The notes beneath the pieces are model-generated. The model had not been told where the DNA came from. It searched no databases and worked only from the letters and a program-made list of their open reading frames with translations. From the NCBI GenBank assembly GCA_030425805.1, contig JAUHZC010000002.1, positions 20,448-84,447 of the forward strand: a stretch of 64,000 nt of DNA, read 5' to 3'. The position numbers and the translations under genes were made by a program. This document shows, piece by piece, positions 40,641 through 49,885 of this stretch. The DNA comes from Alphaproteobacteria bacterium (GTDB taxonomy: Bacteria; Pseudomonadota; Alphaproteobacteria; JAUHZC01). Every line of letters begins with the position of its first letter. Positions within the stretch are counted from its first letter, which is position 1.

Positions 40641-41513
40641 TTAAGCAGCTTTTTCCTGGGGCACAGGATGCGCTTTCGCAATCCGATCAACCTGTGTCAG
40701 AACGCCCAAAACTTCTGGCAAATCTTTAAGGTGCAACATATTTGGTCCATCAGAAGGGGCTTTATCTGGATCTGGGTGAACTTCCATAAAAACACCTGCA
40801 GCGCCCACAGCCAAGGCTGCACGGGCAAGAGGTGCCACAAAACGTCGGTCTCCTCCTGTTTTTCCTCCTGCTGCTGCAGGTTTTTGAACAGAGTGAGTCG
40901 CGTCAAAAATAATGGGACATCCAATATCTGCCATTTGAATAAGTCCACGCATATCATTCACAAGGGTATTATAACCAAAGGAAGTTCCCCGCTCACAAAG
41001 CATAACTTTGTTATTTCCTGTTGATGCAACTTTCCCCGCGGCATGGGCCATATCCCAAGGCGCCATAAACTGGCCCTTCTTGACGTTCAAAGGGCGCCCT
41101 GTTTCTCCTGCAGCAACTAAAAGATCCGTTTGGCGACACAACATTGCAGGAATCTGAAGGATATCTGAGACCTCAGCAACGGGAGCACACTGCTCAGGCT
41201 CATGCACATCTGTAATAATGGGAAGATCATGGGTTTGCTTAACATTCGCAAGAATCTCAAGCCCCTTCTTCATACCAACGCCACGCCCATTCCCAATGCT
41301 GGTCCGGTTTGCTTTATCAAAGGAAGATTTATAAACCAACCCCACACCTGCCTTTGCACAGACTTCTTTTAGGGCTGCAGAGACCTCTAAGGCATGGGCC
41401 TCACTTTCAATCACACAGGGCCCTGCCATCAGGCTAAAAGGCATATGTTGGGAGAACAAGACTTCAGAAGCTGAAGAAGTTCCTTGAACTGCAATTTGGG
41501 ATGCGTATGTCAT
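40641..41513 (-). CDS. kdsA: KDO8P synthase
   Basis: AGPCVIES, KSSFDKANRTS, KKGQF, CERG, FDATHSVQ. Confidence 0.97.
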   Translation of the reverse strand: MTYASQIAVQGTSSASEVLFSQHMPFSLMAGPCVIESEAHALEVSAALKEVCAKAGVGLVYKSSFDKANRTSIGNGRGVGMKKGLEILANVKQTHDLPIITDVHEPEQCAPVAEVSDILQIPAMLCRQTDLLVAAGETGRPLNVKKGQFMAPWDMAHAAGKVASTGNNKVMLCERGTSFGYNTLVNDMRGLIQMADIGCPIIFDATHSVQKPAAAGGKTGGDRRFVAPLARAALAVGAAGVFMEVHPDPDKAPSDGPNMLHLKDLPEVLGVLTQVDRIAKAHPVPQEKAA

Positions 41514-41523
41514 AACAAAACTC

Positions 41524-43188
41524 CTAGCGCTTTTGTTTGTGTTCTAATGCGGCCTGAATAAAAGATTTAAACATGGGATGGGGTTGAAAAGGGCGAGATT
41601 TCAATTCTGGGTGAAACTGCATTCCATAAAACCAGGAATGGTCCGGAAGCTCAACAATTTCAGGCAGTTTTCCATCAGGGCTGAGGCCAGACACAACCAT
41701 GCCAGCCTTTTCCAGCTGAGGTTTAATCTTTACATCAACTTCATAACGGTGGCGGTGACGCTCAGAAATTTGGGATGTTCCATAGATCTTCGCAGCCCCA
41801 GATCCTTTTATAAGCTGACAGGGATAGGCCCCTAGGCGCATAGTGCCGCCCATATCCTCTTCGCCTGTGCGCTTGGCTTTTTTGCCATCTTTTTCCCATT
41901 CCGTCAGCAATCCAACGACCATATTCCCCTTCTTCTCTAATTCAGAAGAAGTTGCATCCTTCATACCCAAAACATTGCGGCAATACTCAATCACAGCCAA
42001 CTGCATCCCAAAGCAAATTCCAAAGAAAGGCACCTGGTTTTCACGAGCATACTCAATTGCGGAAATCTTTCCTTGGCTCCCTCTCAGGCCATATCCACCC
42101 GGCACAAGAATGCCGTCATACTCTGAGAGTTTTTCTTTTACAAAGGCTTTGAGTTGATCCGTTTTAAAACTTTGAGGTTCTAAATCCTCTGCGGGAAGGA
42201 TTTCAACCTTCACCTTTGCTTCATTTGCAGCGCCTGCGTGGATAAAGGACTCAAGGATACTCTTATAAGAATCCTTCACCTCATTATACTTCCCAACAAC
42301 AGCAATCTTTACCTCTGCTTTTGGAGAACGCAGACGAGATACAAAATCATTCCACTGGGAAAGATCTGCCTCTTGCTCTTTCCAAAGGCCAAAATGCTTC
42401 AATACCTGACGGTCAAGGCCAGACTGATGATATTTTAGGGGCACAGCATAGATGGTGTCTACATCACTGGCCTCAATCACGTTGTCCTTATCAATATTAC
42501 AGAACAGGGCCAACTTCCTCCGGGCTTCTGCAGGAATTGGATGCTCACACCGACACATCAAAATCTGAGGCTGGATACCAACATGGAGAAGCTCTTTTAC
42601 CGCATGCTGGGATGGTTTCGTTTTAATCTCCCCGGCGCTGGCAAGATACGGGACATAAGTGAGGTGGATAAAGAGAGAGTTCTGGGATCCTACTTTCTGA
42701 GAAAATTGGCGAATAGCCTCAATAAAGGGAAGGCCCTCAATATCTCCAACTGTTCCACCAATTTCACAAATGAGAAAGTCCACATCCTCTTTCACATCAA
42801 CAGGCAAAAGCTCCTGAATCCGATCCGTGATATGGGGAATCACTTGAACCGTATTTCCTAAGTAATCTCCCCGGCGCTCTGCTGCGAGAACATCAGAGTA
42901 AACCCGGCCTGAAGTGACTGTGTCGTAGCGAGAGGCACTTTCATGGACGAAACGCTCGTAGTGCCCAAGGTCTAAATCTGTTTCAGCTCCATCATCTGTC
43001 ACAAAGACTTCCCCATGCTGATTGGGGTTCATGGTGCCCGGGTCTACGTTGAGATAGGGATCAAATTTTTTAAGACGGACCTTGTAGCCATGGGCTTGAA
43101 GAAGGGCTGCTAAACCAGAGGCGACAATTCCCTTCCCGAGGGAAGACATTACACCACCTGTTACAAAAATTGTCCGTGTCACTGTCAT
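41524..43188 (-). CDS. pyrG: CTP synthase
   Basis: VTGGVMSSLGKG, DPYLNVDPGTM, GICFGMQ, ERHRHRYE, QFHPE. Confidence 0.98.
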   Translation of the reverse strand: MTVTRTIFVTGGVMSSLGKGIVASGLAALLQAHGYKVRLKKFDPYLNVDPGTMNPNQHGEVFVTDDGAETDLDLGHYERFVHESASRYDTVTSGRVYSDVLAAERRGDYLGNTVQVIPHITDRIQELLPVDVKEDVDFLICEIGGTVGDIEGLPFIEAIRQFSQKVGSQNSLFIHLTYVPYLASAGEIKTKPSQHAVKELLHVGIQPQILMCRCEHPIPAEARRKLALFCNIDKDNVIEASDVDTIYAVPLKYHQSGLDRQVLKHFGLWKEQEADLSQWNDFVSRLRSPKAEVKIAVVGKYNEVKDSYKSILESFIHAGAANEAKVKVEILPAEDLEPQSFKTDQLKAFVKEKLSEYDGILVPGGYGLRGSQGKISAIEYARENQVPFFGICFGMQLAVIEYCRNVLGMKDATSSELEKKGNMVVGLLTEWEKDGKKAKRTGEEDMGGTMRLGAYPCQLIKGSGAAKIYGTSQISERHRHRYEVDVKIKPQLEKAGMVVSGLSPDGKLPEIVELPDHSWFYGMQFHPELKSRPFQPHPMFKSFIQAALEHKQKR

Positions 43189-43210
43189 CCCCTAACCTAT
43201 GTTGACGCTA

Positions 43211-43552
43211 TTACTGTTTCTGTGGCTCCTCAGGCTTTTCCTGATTCACATTCTCTGCTTCTGTTTGAGAAGCTTCTGGAGCTGTTTCTTCAGCTTCTTC
43301 CATCGCTTCTTGAAGGATTGAAGCTTTCTGCTGCACGTCAGACTTAATCAAGAGTGCGAGCACGATAGAATTCACAAAGAAAAGTGTTGCCAAAACTGCT
43401 GTTGTGCGGGTGAAAAAGTTTTTTGTTCCCCGAGCAGACATCATGGAATTCTGAGAAGACACAAGGCCACCAGATTCCCCTTTCTGCAAAAGGATCGCAC
43501 CAATCATCAACAAAACAATAATACTGTGAACAACTAGAAGGGTTGTAATCAT
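43211..43552 (-). CDS. secG: Preprotein translocase subunit SecG
   Basis: ILLQKGESGGL..ARG..NFFTRTT; upstream of pyrG. Confidence 0.9.
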   Translation of the reverse strand: MITTLLVVHSIIVLLMIGAILLQKGESGGLVSSQNSMMSARGTKNFFTRTTAVLATLFFVNSIVLALLIKSDVQQKASILQEAMEEAEETAPEASQTEAENVNQEKPEEPQKQ

Positions 43553-43634
43553 TTGAATCTCGTTCTAAACAGGGTTAAATTAAACAAATTTGAGATAAAA
43601 GAGCAAGGAGAATCTCTCCTTCAAACACAAAATC

Positions 43635-44342
43635 ATGATTGAAAATACAGTTTTTCTATTGGGCCTGATGGTTCTTGTCGCTTACGGAGGAAGCTTGGCT
43701 GCCTACCACCTCTTTGGAGAAAAAGGACTAATTAGCTTTCAGGCCATGGCTTTGATCCTTGCAAACATCCAGGCGACAAAAGCCATTCTCTTGCCTGGTT
43801 TTGAGGAGCCTGTCGCCATGGGAACAATTGTGATGATGGCCTCATTCTTTGCCAGTGACTTGCTCAATGAGACCTACGGCCCCCACAATGCTCGCCGGGC
43901 GATTTGGATTAGCCTAGGCCTCTATCTCCTCTTTGTGATTTTAACCCAATTGACGATTTTCATCCCAGCTGTCCCCGAAACTGAGAGTTTCTTCCACCAA
44001 AGCCACACTGCCATGACACACCTCTTCACGGTTGGGCCAGCCCTCTTCCTGGCCAGTGTCACGGCATATGTTATTTCCCAATACTTAGATATTTGGGTTT
44101 ATCGACACATTCGCGATGGTTCTTTCTTCAAATCCCCCCAGACGAGCGGTTTTGTTTCCTCAGCCCTGGGGAGCTTGGTAGATTCCTTTGTTTTCTCTTT
44201 TCTGGCCTGGTACGTTTTTGCAGCTCAGCCACTTCCCCTTACAACCATTCTCCAGACCTATGTTTTCGGGACATACATTATCCGGTTGATTCTCAGCTTT
44301 TTTCAATATGGATTAATGTGGTTTTTTTTGAAGCAAGATTAG
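43635..44342 (+). CDS. Queuosine precursor transporter (YhhQ/VUT family)
   Basis: LANIQATK, FFASDLLNETYG..ARRAI, ASVTAYVISQYLDI, SLVDSFVF. Confidence 0.85.
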   Translation: MIENTVFLLGLMVLVAYGGSLAAYHLFGEKGLISFQAMALILANIQATKAILLPGFEEPVAMGTIVMMASFFASDLLNETYGPHNARRAIWISLGLYLLFVILTQLTIFIPAVPETESFFHQSHTAMTHLFTVGPALFLASVTAYVISQYLDIWVYRHIRDGSFFKSPQTSGFVSSALGSLVDSFVFSFLAWYVFAAQPLPLTTILQTYVFGTYIIRLILSFFQYGLMWFFLKQD

Positions 44343-44404
44343 GCATCACGCCCTTTTTTCTGTTACAATGAACACATTAATAAAAAAACAAGAGAGAGGT
44401 TCCC

Positions 44405-44866
44405 ATGAGCACCCTATCCCCTACTGCTAAAAAAGCTGTTGCTGAAGAACTAAACATCCTATTGGCATCGTCTTACGTCTTGATGCTGAAGACCCATGGC
44501 TACCATTGGAATGTTAAGGGTCCTCATTTTCATGCCCTCCATCAGCTCTTCCAGGAGCAGTACGAAGACTTGTTTGAGGCCATTGATGAATTTGCTGAAC
44601 GTATCAAAGCTCTGGGGCACAAGGCGCCTGCCACTTTCTCAGAGTATAAAGGCCTTTCTGTCATTACTGAAGATGATAGTGAAGAGAAGGATATGGGTAT
44701 GGTGAAAAACTTACTTAAAGATCATCAGAAGATGGGTGACACACTCCGCAAGATGACAGCCCATGTTCAAGGCGAAGGAGATGAAGCTACGGCTGATATG
44801 ATGATCGCCCGCACCCAAGTCCATGACAAGTTCGCCTGGATGCTTGAGTCCCACCTGACGGGGTAA
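44405..44866 (+). CDS. dps: Dps family DNA protection protein
   Basis: KTHGYHWNVKGPHFHALH, DEFAERI, DKFAWML. Confidence 0.95.
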   Translation: MSTLSPTAKKAVAEELNILLASSYVLMLKTHGYHWNVKGPHFHALHQLFQEQYEDLFEAIDEFAERIKALGHKAPATFSEYKGLSVITEDDSEEKDMGMVKNLLKDHQKMGDTLRKMTAHVQGEGDEATADMMIARTQVHDKFAWMLESHLTG

Positions 44867-44873
44867 CAAATCC

Positions 44874-46616
44874 TTAGCCTTCTTCCTCTGTAGGAACCTC
44901 TATTCCAAGCTTTGTCAGCTTAGCATCAGCCTGCTTTTCTGCTTCAGCTTTAAGGTCCACCACCATCTGACCTGTGGTGTAGATTTCAAGCATATAGTAA
45001 TCTGTGAAAGCTTTTTTAAGAAATCCGCTAAGCTTTTCCGCTGTTTTGGTCTTTTTTGCTTCCTCAGCAAGAGCTATCAGTTGATTCTCCTGTGCCTTCA
45101 AAGCTCTTCCCACATCTTGCACCAGAAGTTGCTGTTTACGCCTGTTAAAAGCATTGATCGCTGAAGAATTATCTTCAACCTTGATGTCTTTTGCCATATT
45201 TTCTCGACCCTTAAAGCCTGTGCCAAAGACAAGGCCAATGTCTCCAGGGTAATGTCCAAAGACTTTGTCAAACTCACTGGGGACGCGTCGGTAAGTTTTG
45301 CGAATGTAATACTGAAGATGGCCTTCCCCATCTGGCATTCCCTGAGCCTTCAACCACTGCGGTCCATTCGGATCATCAATCACAGCCTTCGCAAGACTCA
45401 CCATGGCAGGCACATTGAATTGAAAGAAGGCTGTTGCAAAATCTCCAAGTCCTGAACGCTCTTCCTTCGGGTGCCATTTTTCCACATCTGAAGGCAATCG
45501 AGGCTCCTGGAGAATCATCTGCCCCTGAAAGCCGTCAGGCGCTATAACATGCAATGTGGGAACCAGTGTAAACTTCGCTGAAGACCCTGGTAAGGGAGGC
45601 TGCATTTCAAGGTTCCAAATACCAAGGCCTGGTAAAGGCCCTTTATAGAGATCGGACAAGTCCTTTGGATCAGGTGTAGATAACAAACCATAAAGAATGT
45701 CGCCCTCAACGCCACCAAGTCCTTTTTCTTTCTTGTCTGATCCAAATTTTCCAGCCTCTTTAAAGCTCACTTGAAAGCCCGAAACTGAACCCTGAGCAGC
45801 CTTAGGCAATTGACGATTTGATATGGCTTTTTGCAGCAAACGATTGAGAATTGGCTGAGCATTGGTCCCCAGCTTTGCCGCCTCTTCTTCTGCCTTTTTC
45901 TTTAGCGACTCTTTGAGCAAAGGCTCCATATAAAGGCGTTTCACAATAGGATCAGCTGTTGAACGAGGATTTACCCCAATGGTTTTCGTGAAGTTTCCAT
46001 CCAGATCTGTATAGTCTTCCTCTCCCGCAGCTGGCGGATTAAAGGACACAAGCTTACTTCCACTTCCTTCTGGCTCATAAGGCTCAAGAGCAAAGGGTTT
46101 CACAACAGGAAGCGTTAAGGTCTTCATTGTCCACCCCGCTTTACGTTCAAAACTTGGGAAGAGAAAGGTAGCTTGGCCTAGAAATTCTTTTTTGGTTTTA
46201 CACTTCTTTCCAGTTTCAAGATAAACCCCAACAACCTCATTTTTATAGACCATGGACTTGAATTTGAGGTTTTCAATCAGAAACTTTTCTTGTTCCTTTT
46301 TAGGCTTATCTTTTTCCTTATAACGCTCCCGACAGGCCCAAACTTCATGATCAGCATCAGTGTAGGGTGTCATGGCCTGACGATTTCGGTACCCTGAGAA
46401 TCTTACTAAAAGGGCATTCAGACCATTTTCTGCTGTCTTTCCTTCATAAACCTGAGCTGAAATCAAGAACTGCCCATGGCGATTTTTGTACTTAAACTGT
46501 ACTTCTCGCTTTGCCGAGAGTTGGTCAAATGGCCGATCTTGCTTCTCTCCATAAAGAGGCATTGCAACAAGCCATATACCGAGAAAAATTTGGACAAGAC
46601 GCTCCCAAGAGATCAT
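44874..46616 (-). CDS. Hypothetical exported protein
   Basis: 580-aa ORF with N-terminal hydrophobic signal ending PLYG; no recognised domain. Confidence 0.7.
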   Translation of the reverse strand: MISWERLVQIFLGIWLVAMPLYGEKQDRPFDQLSAKREVQFKYKNRHGQFLISAQVYEGKTAENGLNALLVRFSGYRNRQAMTPYTDADHEVWACRERYKEKDKPKKEQEKFLIENLKFKSMVYKNEVVGVYLETGKKCKTKKEFLGQATFLFPSFERKAGWTMKTLTLPVVKPFALEPYEPEGSGSKLVSFNPPAAGEEDYTDLDGNFTKTIGVNPRSTADPIVKRLYMEPLLKESLKKKAEEEAAKLGTNAQPILNRLLQKAISNRQLPKAAQGSVSGFQVSFKEAGKFGSDKKEKGLGGVEGDILYGLLSTPDPKDLSDLYKGPLPGLGIWNLEMQPPLPGSSAKFTLVPTLHVIAPDGFQGQMILQEPRLPSDVEKWHPKEERSGLGDFATAFFQFNVPAMVSLAKAVIDDPNGPQWLKAQGMPDGEGHLQYYIRKTYRRVPSEFDKVFGHYPGDIGLVFGTGFKGRENMAKDIKVEDNSSAINAFNRRKQQLLVQDVGRALKAQENQLIALAEEAKKTKTAEKLSGFLKKAFTDYYMLEIYTTGQMVVDLKAEAEKQADAKLTKLGIEVPTEEEG

Positions 46617-46676
46617 TTGATTTTCATCGCATTTTCCTTCACTCTAAGACGAAATGACTTGAGGGACAAGAGACCC

Positions 46677-46940
46677 ATGTCCATGGCCGATAAAATGAAA
46701 GCCCTTTTGATGGCTGAATGCTCCCCCAATGCTGTAGAAGTTGAAAATGTTTCTCATCTCCACCAAGGGCATGCCGGAAGCCCAAACACAGGAGAAAGCC
46801 ACTTTAATCTGAAGATTGTGGGAGGCCCCCTTGCCGATCTTTCGCGTGTTGCCGCTCATAGAAAGGTTATGACCCTCTTCAAGCCTTTGTTTTCTGAGGG
46901 GTTACACGCTGTTTCCCTAAAAGTCACCAAGGCTGAATAG
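46677..46940 (+). CDS. bolA: BolA family protein
   Basis: ENVSHLHQGH, GESHFNL, SRVAAHRKV, GLHAVSL. Confidence 0.9.
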   Translation: MSMADKMKALLMAECSPNAVEVENVSHLHQGHAGSPNTGESHFNLKIVGGPLADLSRVAAHRKVMTLFKPLFSEGLHAVSLKVTKAE

Positions 46941-46979
46941 CCTCTTCCCGGCGGGCTTAAAAAGAGGTATGATCCTGGT

Positions 46980-47666
46980 ATGAATAAACTTGCACCTGCC
47001 CCCTCTTCTCCCCCAACTAGCTTCTGGCTTAAGCTGAGAACTTATTTCTTTACAGGAATCCTTGTCACGGCTCCTTTGGCCCTCACACTCTATCTCTCCT
47101 GGGCCATTGTCATTTATGTAGACCACCTCATTACACCCCTCATTCCAGATGCCTATAACCCTAATAACCTTCTGCCTTTCAACCTTCCAGGGCTCGGGCT
47201 CATCATTGTTCTCATTACTTTCACCCTGATTGGCGCCATTGCTGCGGGAGCTATTGGACGGTATTTCCTCAATATTTCTGAAAAAGTTGTCGGCCGAACA
47301 CCAGTTGTACGTAGCATCTATTCTGCAATCAAGCAGGTGACAGAGGCTCTATTTCACACTTCTTCCTCTGCTTTTCGTGAGGTTGTGATGATTGAATATC
47401 CCCGTAAGGGTATTTGGTCCATTGGCTTTATCACTGGTACGACCAAGGGGGAAGTTCAACTTCTTACTGAAGATGAAGTTGTAAACGTTTTTATCCCAAC
47501 AACCCCAAACCCAACCTCAGGGTTCCTTCTGTTTGTTCCTAAAGCAGACATTCGCCACCTGGAAATGACTGTAGAAGAAGGCATCAAGATGGTAGTTTCT
47601 GCTGGAATTCTCACGCCGAAATACACAGGAAAAGCTGAGAATCCATTTCCTAGCAGAGCAGATTAG
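46980..47666 (+). CDS. DUF502 domain membrane protein
   Basis: YFFTGILV.AP, PVVRSIY..IKQ, IEYPRKG, VFIPTTPNPTSG. Confidence 0.9.
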   Translation: MNKLAPAPSSPPTSFWLKLRTYFFTGILVTAPLALTLYLSWAIVIYVDHLITPLIPDAYNPNNLLPFNLPGLGLIIVLITFTLIGAIAAGAIGRYFLNISEKVVGRTPVVRSIYSAIKQVTEALFHTSSSAFREVVMIEYPRKGIWSIGFITGTTKGEVQLLTEDEVVNVFIPTTPNPTSGFLLFVPKADIRHLEMTVEEGIKMVVSAGILTPKYTGKAENPFPSRAD

Positions 47667-47755
47667 GCTTAATAAACAGAAAAACAAACAAAATTAACGG
47701 TTTTTAAAGTCAATTTTACTTAAAATATTAGTATGTATATTTTAGGTTTGTTGTC

Positions 47756-49858
47756 ATGAATAAATTCGCACTCTCTATCCTTGCGACTGTATTTACATTT
47801 TCTGCAGACGCTGGGTATTATCGCCAGCCTCAAGGGGGTGCTTATGGCGCTCAACAGCCTGCCTACGGCCAACCGAATCCATATGGACAACAACAGTATA
47901 AGCAACCTGGGTACCAACAACCACAGCAGTATGGTTATGGACAACAACAAGCCCCTCAATACCAACAACCCCAGCCTGCACCACTCACAGCACAAGATGT
48001 TGGCATGGCCGCAGGAATGTATGCTGGCCAACAAGCCGCACAAACTTCACAAGCCCAAGCTGCCAGGACTCAGGCACAGCAATATGCCCAGGGAGCTCAG
48101 GCCGTGGGGATGAATGCACAACAGCAGGCTTTTGCGCGGCAACAACAAGCCCAGCAACAGGCTGCAGGCCTCCAAGCACAGGGTCAGCAACGTGCTGATG
48201 CAGCTCAAGCCCAAGCCATGCAACAACAACAAGCTTATGAGCAACGCGTGGCCCAAGAACGTGCCCAAATGGAAGCTCAAATGGCTGCTCGCCAGCAACA
48301 AGCACAACAACAGGTTGCAGGACTTCAAGCACAAGGTCAGCAACGTGCTGATGCAGCTCAAGCCCAAGCCATGCAACAACAACAAGCTTACGAACAACGT
48401 GTAGCCCAAGAACGTGCCCAGATGGAAGCTGAAATGGCCGCTCGCCAGCAACAAGCACAACAGCAGGTTGCAGGGCTTCAGGCACAAGGTCAGCAACGTG
48501 TTGACGCAGCCCAAAGCCAAGCTCAACAAGAAATGATGCAGCGGCAACAGATGTTGGCACAACGTGGACAAGCCATGCAACAACAAGCCATGGCAGACCC
48601 ACGCACCCAAGAAGCCGCACGAGCTGCTCAAATGGCGCAACTCGCCCGAGAAAATCCAGAAGAGTTTGCGCGCCAGCAAGCCATGGGAAAATTTGGTAAT
48701 GATCCTCGAGCGCAAAAGGCTGCAGAAGCCGCTCAAATGGCGCAACTCGCCCGAGAGAACCCAGAAGAATTTGCACGCCAGCAAGCCACGGGAAGATTTG
48801 GTGATGATCCCCGGGCCCAAAAGGCTGCAGAAGCCGCTCAAATGGCGCAGCTAGCCCGAGAGAACCCAGAAGAATTTGCACGCCAGCAAGCCATGGGAAG
48901 ATTTGGTGATGATCCCCGGGCCCAAAAGGCTGCAGAAGCCGCTCAAATGGCACAGCTAGCCCGAGAGAACCCAGAAGAATTTGCACGCCAGCAAGCCATG
49001 GGAAGATTTGGTGACGATCCCCGGGCGCAACAGGCTATGCAAGCTGCTGGAGCTGCCCAGGCTCTGAAATCAGGGGACCCCTCTGCAGCGATGGCCATGG
49101 CTGGTGTCGATATGAATGATCCCAAAGTTCAGCAAGCACAGCAAGCTGCAGCTATCGCTCAGGCCATCAAAAATAAGGACTATAATAGAGCACTTGAACT
49201 TGCAGGTGACAACCCGGCCCTTCAACAAATGGTTGCCATGAAGAAAAAAGCCGAAATGGCAGAGGCTCTCAAGCGGAGAGATTTTGAAACTGCAGAGATG
49301 CTTGCAGGGGATGATGCCGCTGCCAAGGGAATGATTAGCACTGCAAGAAAGGCTGCCGCAACCGAAGCTCTGAAGAATAGAGATTTTGATCAGGCCGAAG
49401 CTCTTGCAGGAGATGATACTATAATTCTACAGATGGTTAAAATGGCTAAGAAAGGAGCAGCTATGGAAGCTCTCAAGATGGGAGACACCGCTACAGCTCA
49501 AGACCTTGCAGGAGATGACCCCGTTGTCCAAGGAATGATCAATGCGAAATTAAAAGCTGATGCAATGAAAGCCGCCGCCAGCGGAGATTTTGAGGCAGCT
49601 CTCTCTCTTGCAGAAGGAAACCCAGAACTCCAGCAAAAGCTCCAGCAAATGATGCAAGCAGCACAGACTGCGCAAGCTATGAAAGAGGATATAGAGGCAA
49701 AGGCAGCTGCGGCTCGTGCGATACAAGAAGAAATGAAAAGAAAGCAGGAGTTGATGAAAGCGAAACAAGCTGGTATTAAGGTAGAGGGTCCAAGTATCGA
49801 TGAAGGAAATGACTTCGGAGATATGGGTGGAGGGCTCGACTTAGATGAGGACTTCTAA
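47756..49858 (+). CDS. Exported Gln/Ala-rich multi-repeat protein
   Basis: Signal ..SADA|G; QYGP-rich head; 51-aa, 35-aa and 34-aa repeat blocks; acidic tail. Confidence 0.85.
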   Translation: MNKFALSILATVFTFSADAGYYRQPQGGAYGAQQPAYGQPNPYGQQQYKQPGYQQPQQYGYGQQQAPQYQQPQPAPLTAQDVGMAAGMYAGQQAAQTSQAQAARTQAQQYAQGAQAVGMNAQQQAFARQQQAQQQAAGLQAQGQQRADAAQAQAMQQQQAYEQRVAQERAQMEAQMAARQQQAQQQVAGLQAQGQQRADAAQAQAMQQQQAYEQRVAQERAQMEAEMAARQQQAQQQVAGLQAQGQQRVDAAQSQAQQEMMQRQQMLAQRGQAMQQQAMADPRTQEAARAAQMAQLARENPEEFARQQAMGKFGNDPRAQKAAEAAQMAQLARENPEEFARQQATGRFGDDPRAQKAAEAAQMAQLARENPEEFARQQAMGRFGDDPRAQKAAEAAQMAQLARENPEEFARQQAMGRFGDDPRAQQAMQAAGAAQALKSGDPSAAMAMAGVDMNDPKVQQAQQAAAIAQAIKNKDYNRALELAGDNPALQQMVAMKKKAEMAEALKRRDFETAEMLAGDDAAAKGMISTARKAAATEALKNRDFDQAEALAGDDTIILQMVKMAKKGAAMEALKMGDTATAQDLAGDDPVVQGMINAKLKADAMKAAASGDFEAALSLAEGNPELQQKLQQMMQAAQTAQAMKEDIEAKAAAARAIQEEMKRKQELMKAKQAGIKVEGPSIDEGNDFGDMGGGLDLDEDF
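48140..48520 (+). repeat. Intragenic tandem repeat, 153-nt period, about 2.5 copies
   Basis: GGTCAGCAACGTG recurs at 48182, 48335 and 48488. Confidence 0.9.
48596..49030 (+). repeat. Intragenic tandem repeat, 105-nt period, 4 copies
   Basis: DPRAQKAAEAAQMAQLARENPEEFARQQAMGRFGD units start at 48596, 48701, 48806 and 48911. Confidence 0.95.
49156..49660 (+). repeat. Diverged intragenic repeat, 102-nt (34-aa) period, 5 copies
   Basis: CTTGCAG recurs at 49199, 49301, 49403, 49505 and 49607. Confidence 0.85.
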
Positions 49859-49885
49859 TCGGCCAAGGAAAACTGAGAGCTTTAC

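Noticed and set aside
47694..47707. CtrA box upstream of the multi-repeat gene
   Set aside because: Spacing is TTAA-N6-TTAA rather than N7, in AT-rich DNA
47985..48986. Long antisense ORFs (333 aa and 264 aa)
   Set aside because: Shadows of the Gln/Ala repeat gene; the repetitive codons lack antisense stops
48140..49660. Possible CRISPR array
   Set aside because: Repeats are contiguous, in-frame multiples of 3 within one ORF, with no unique spacers and no cas genes
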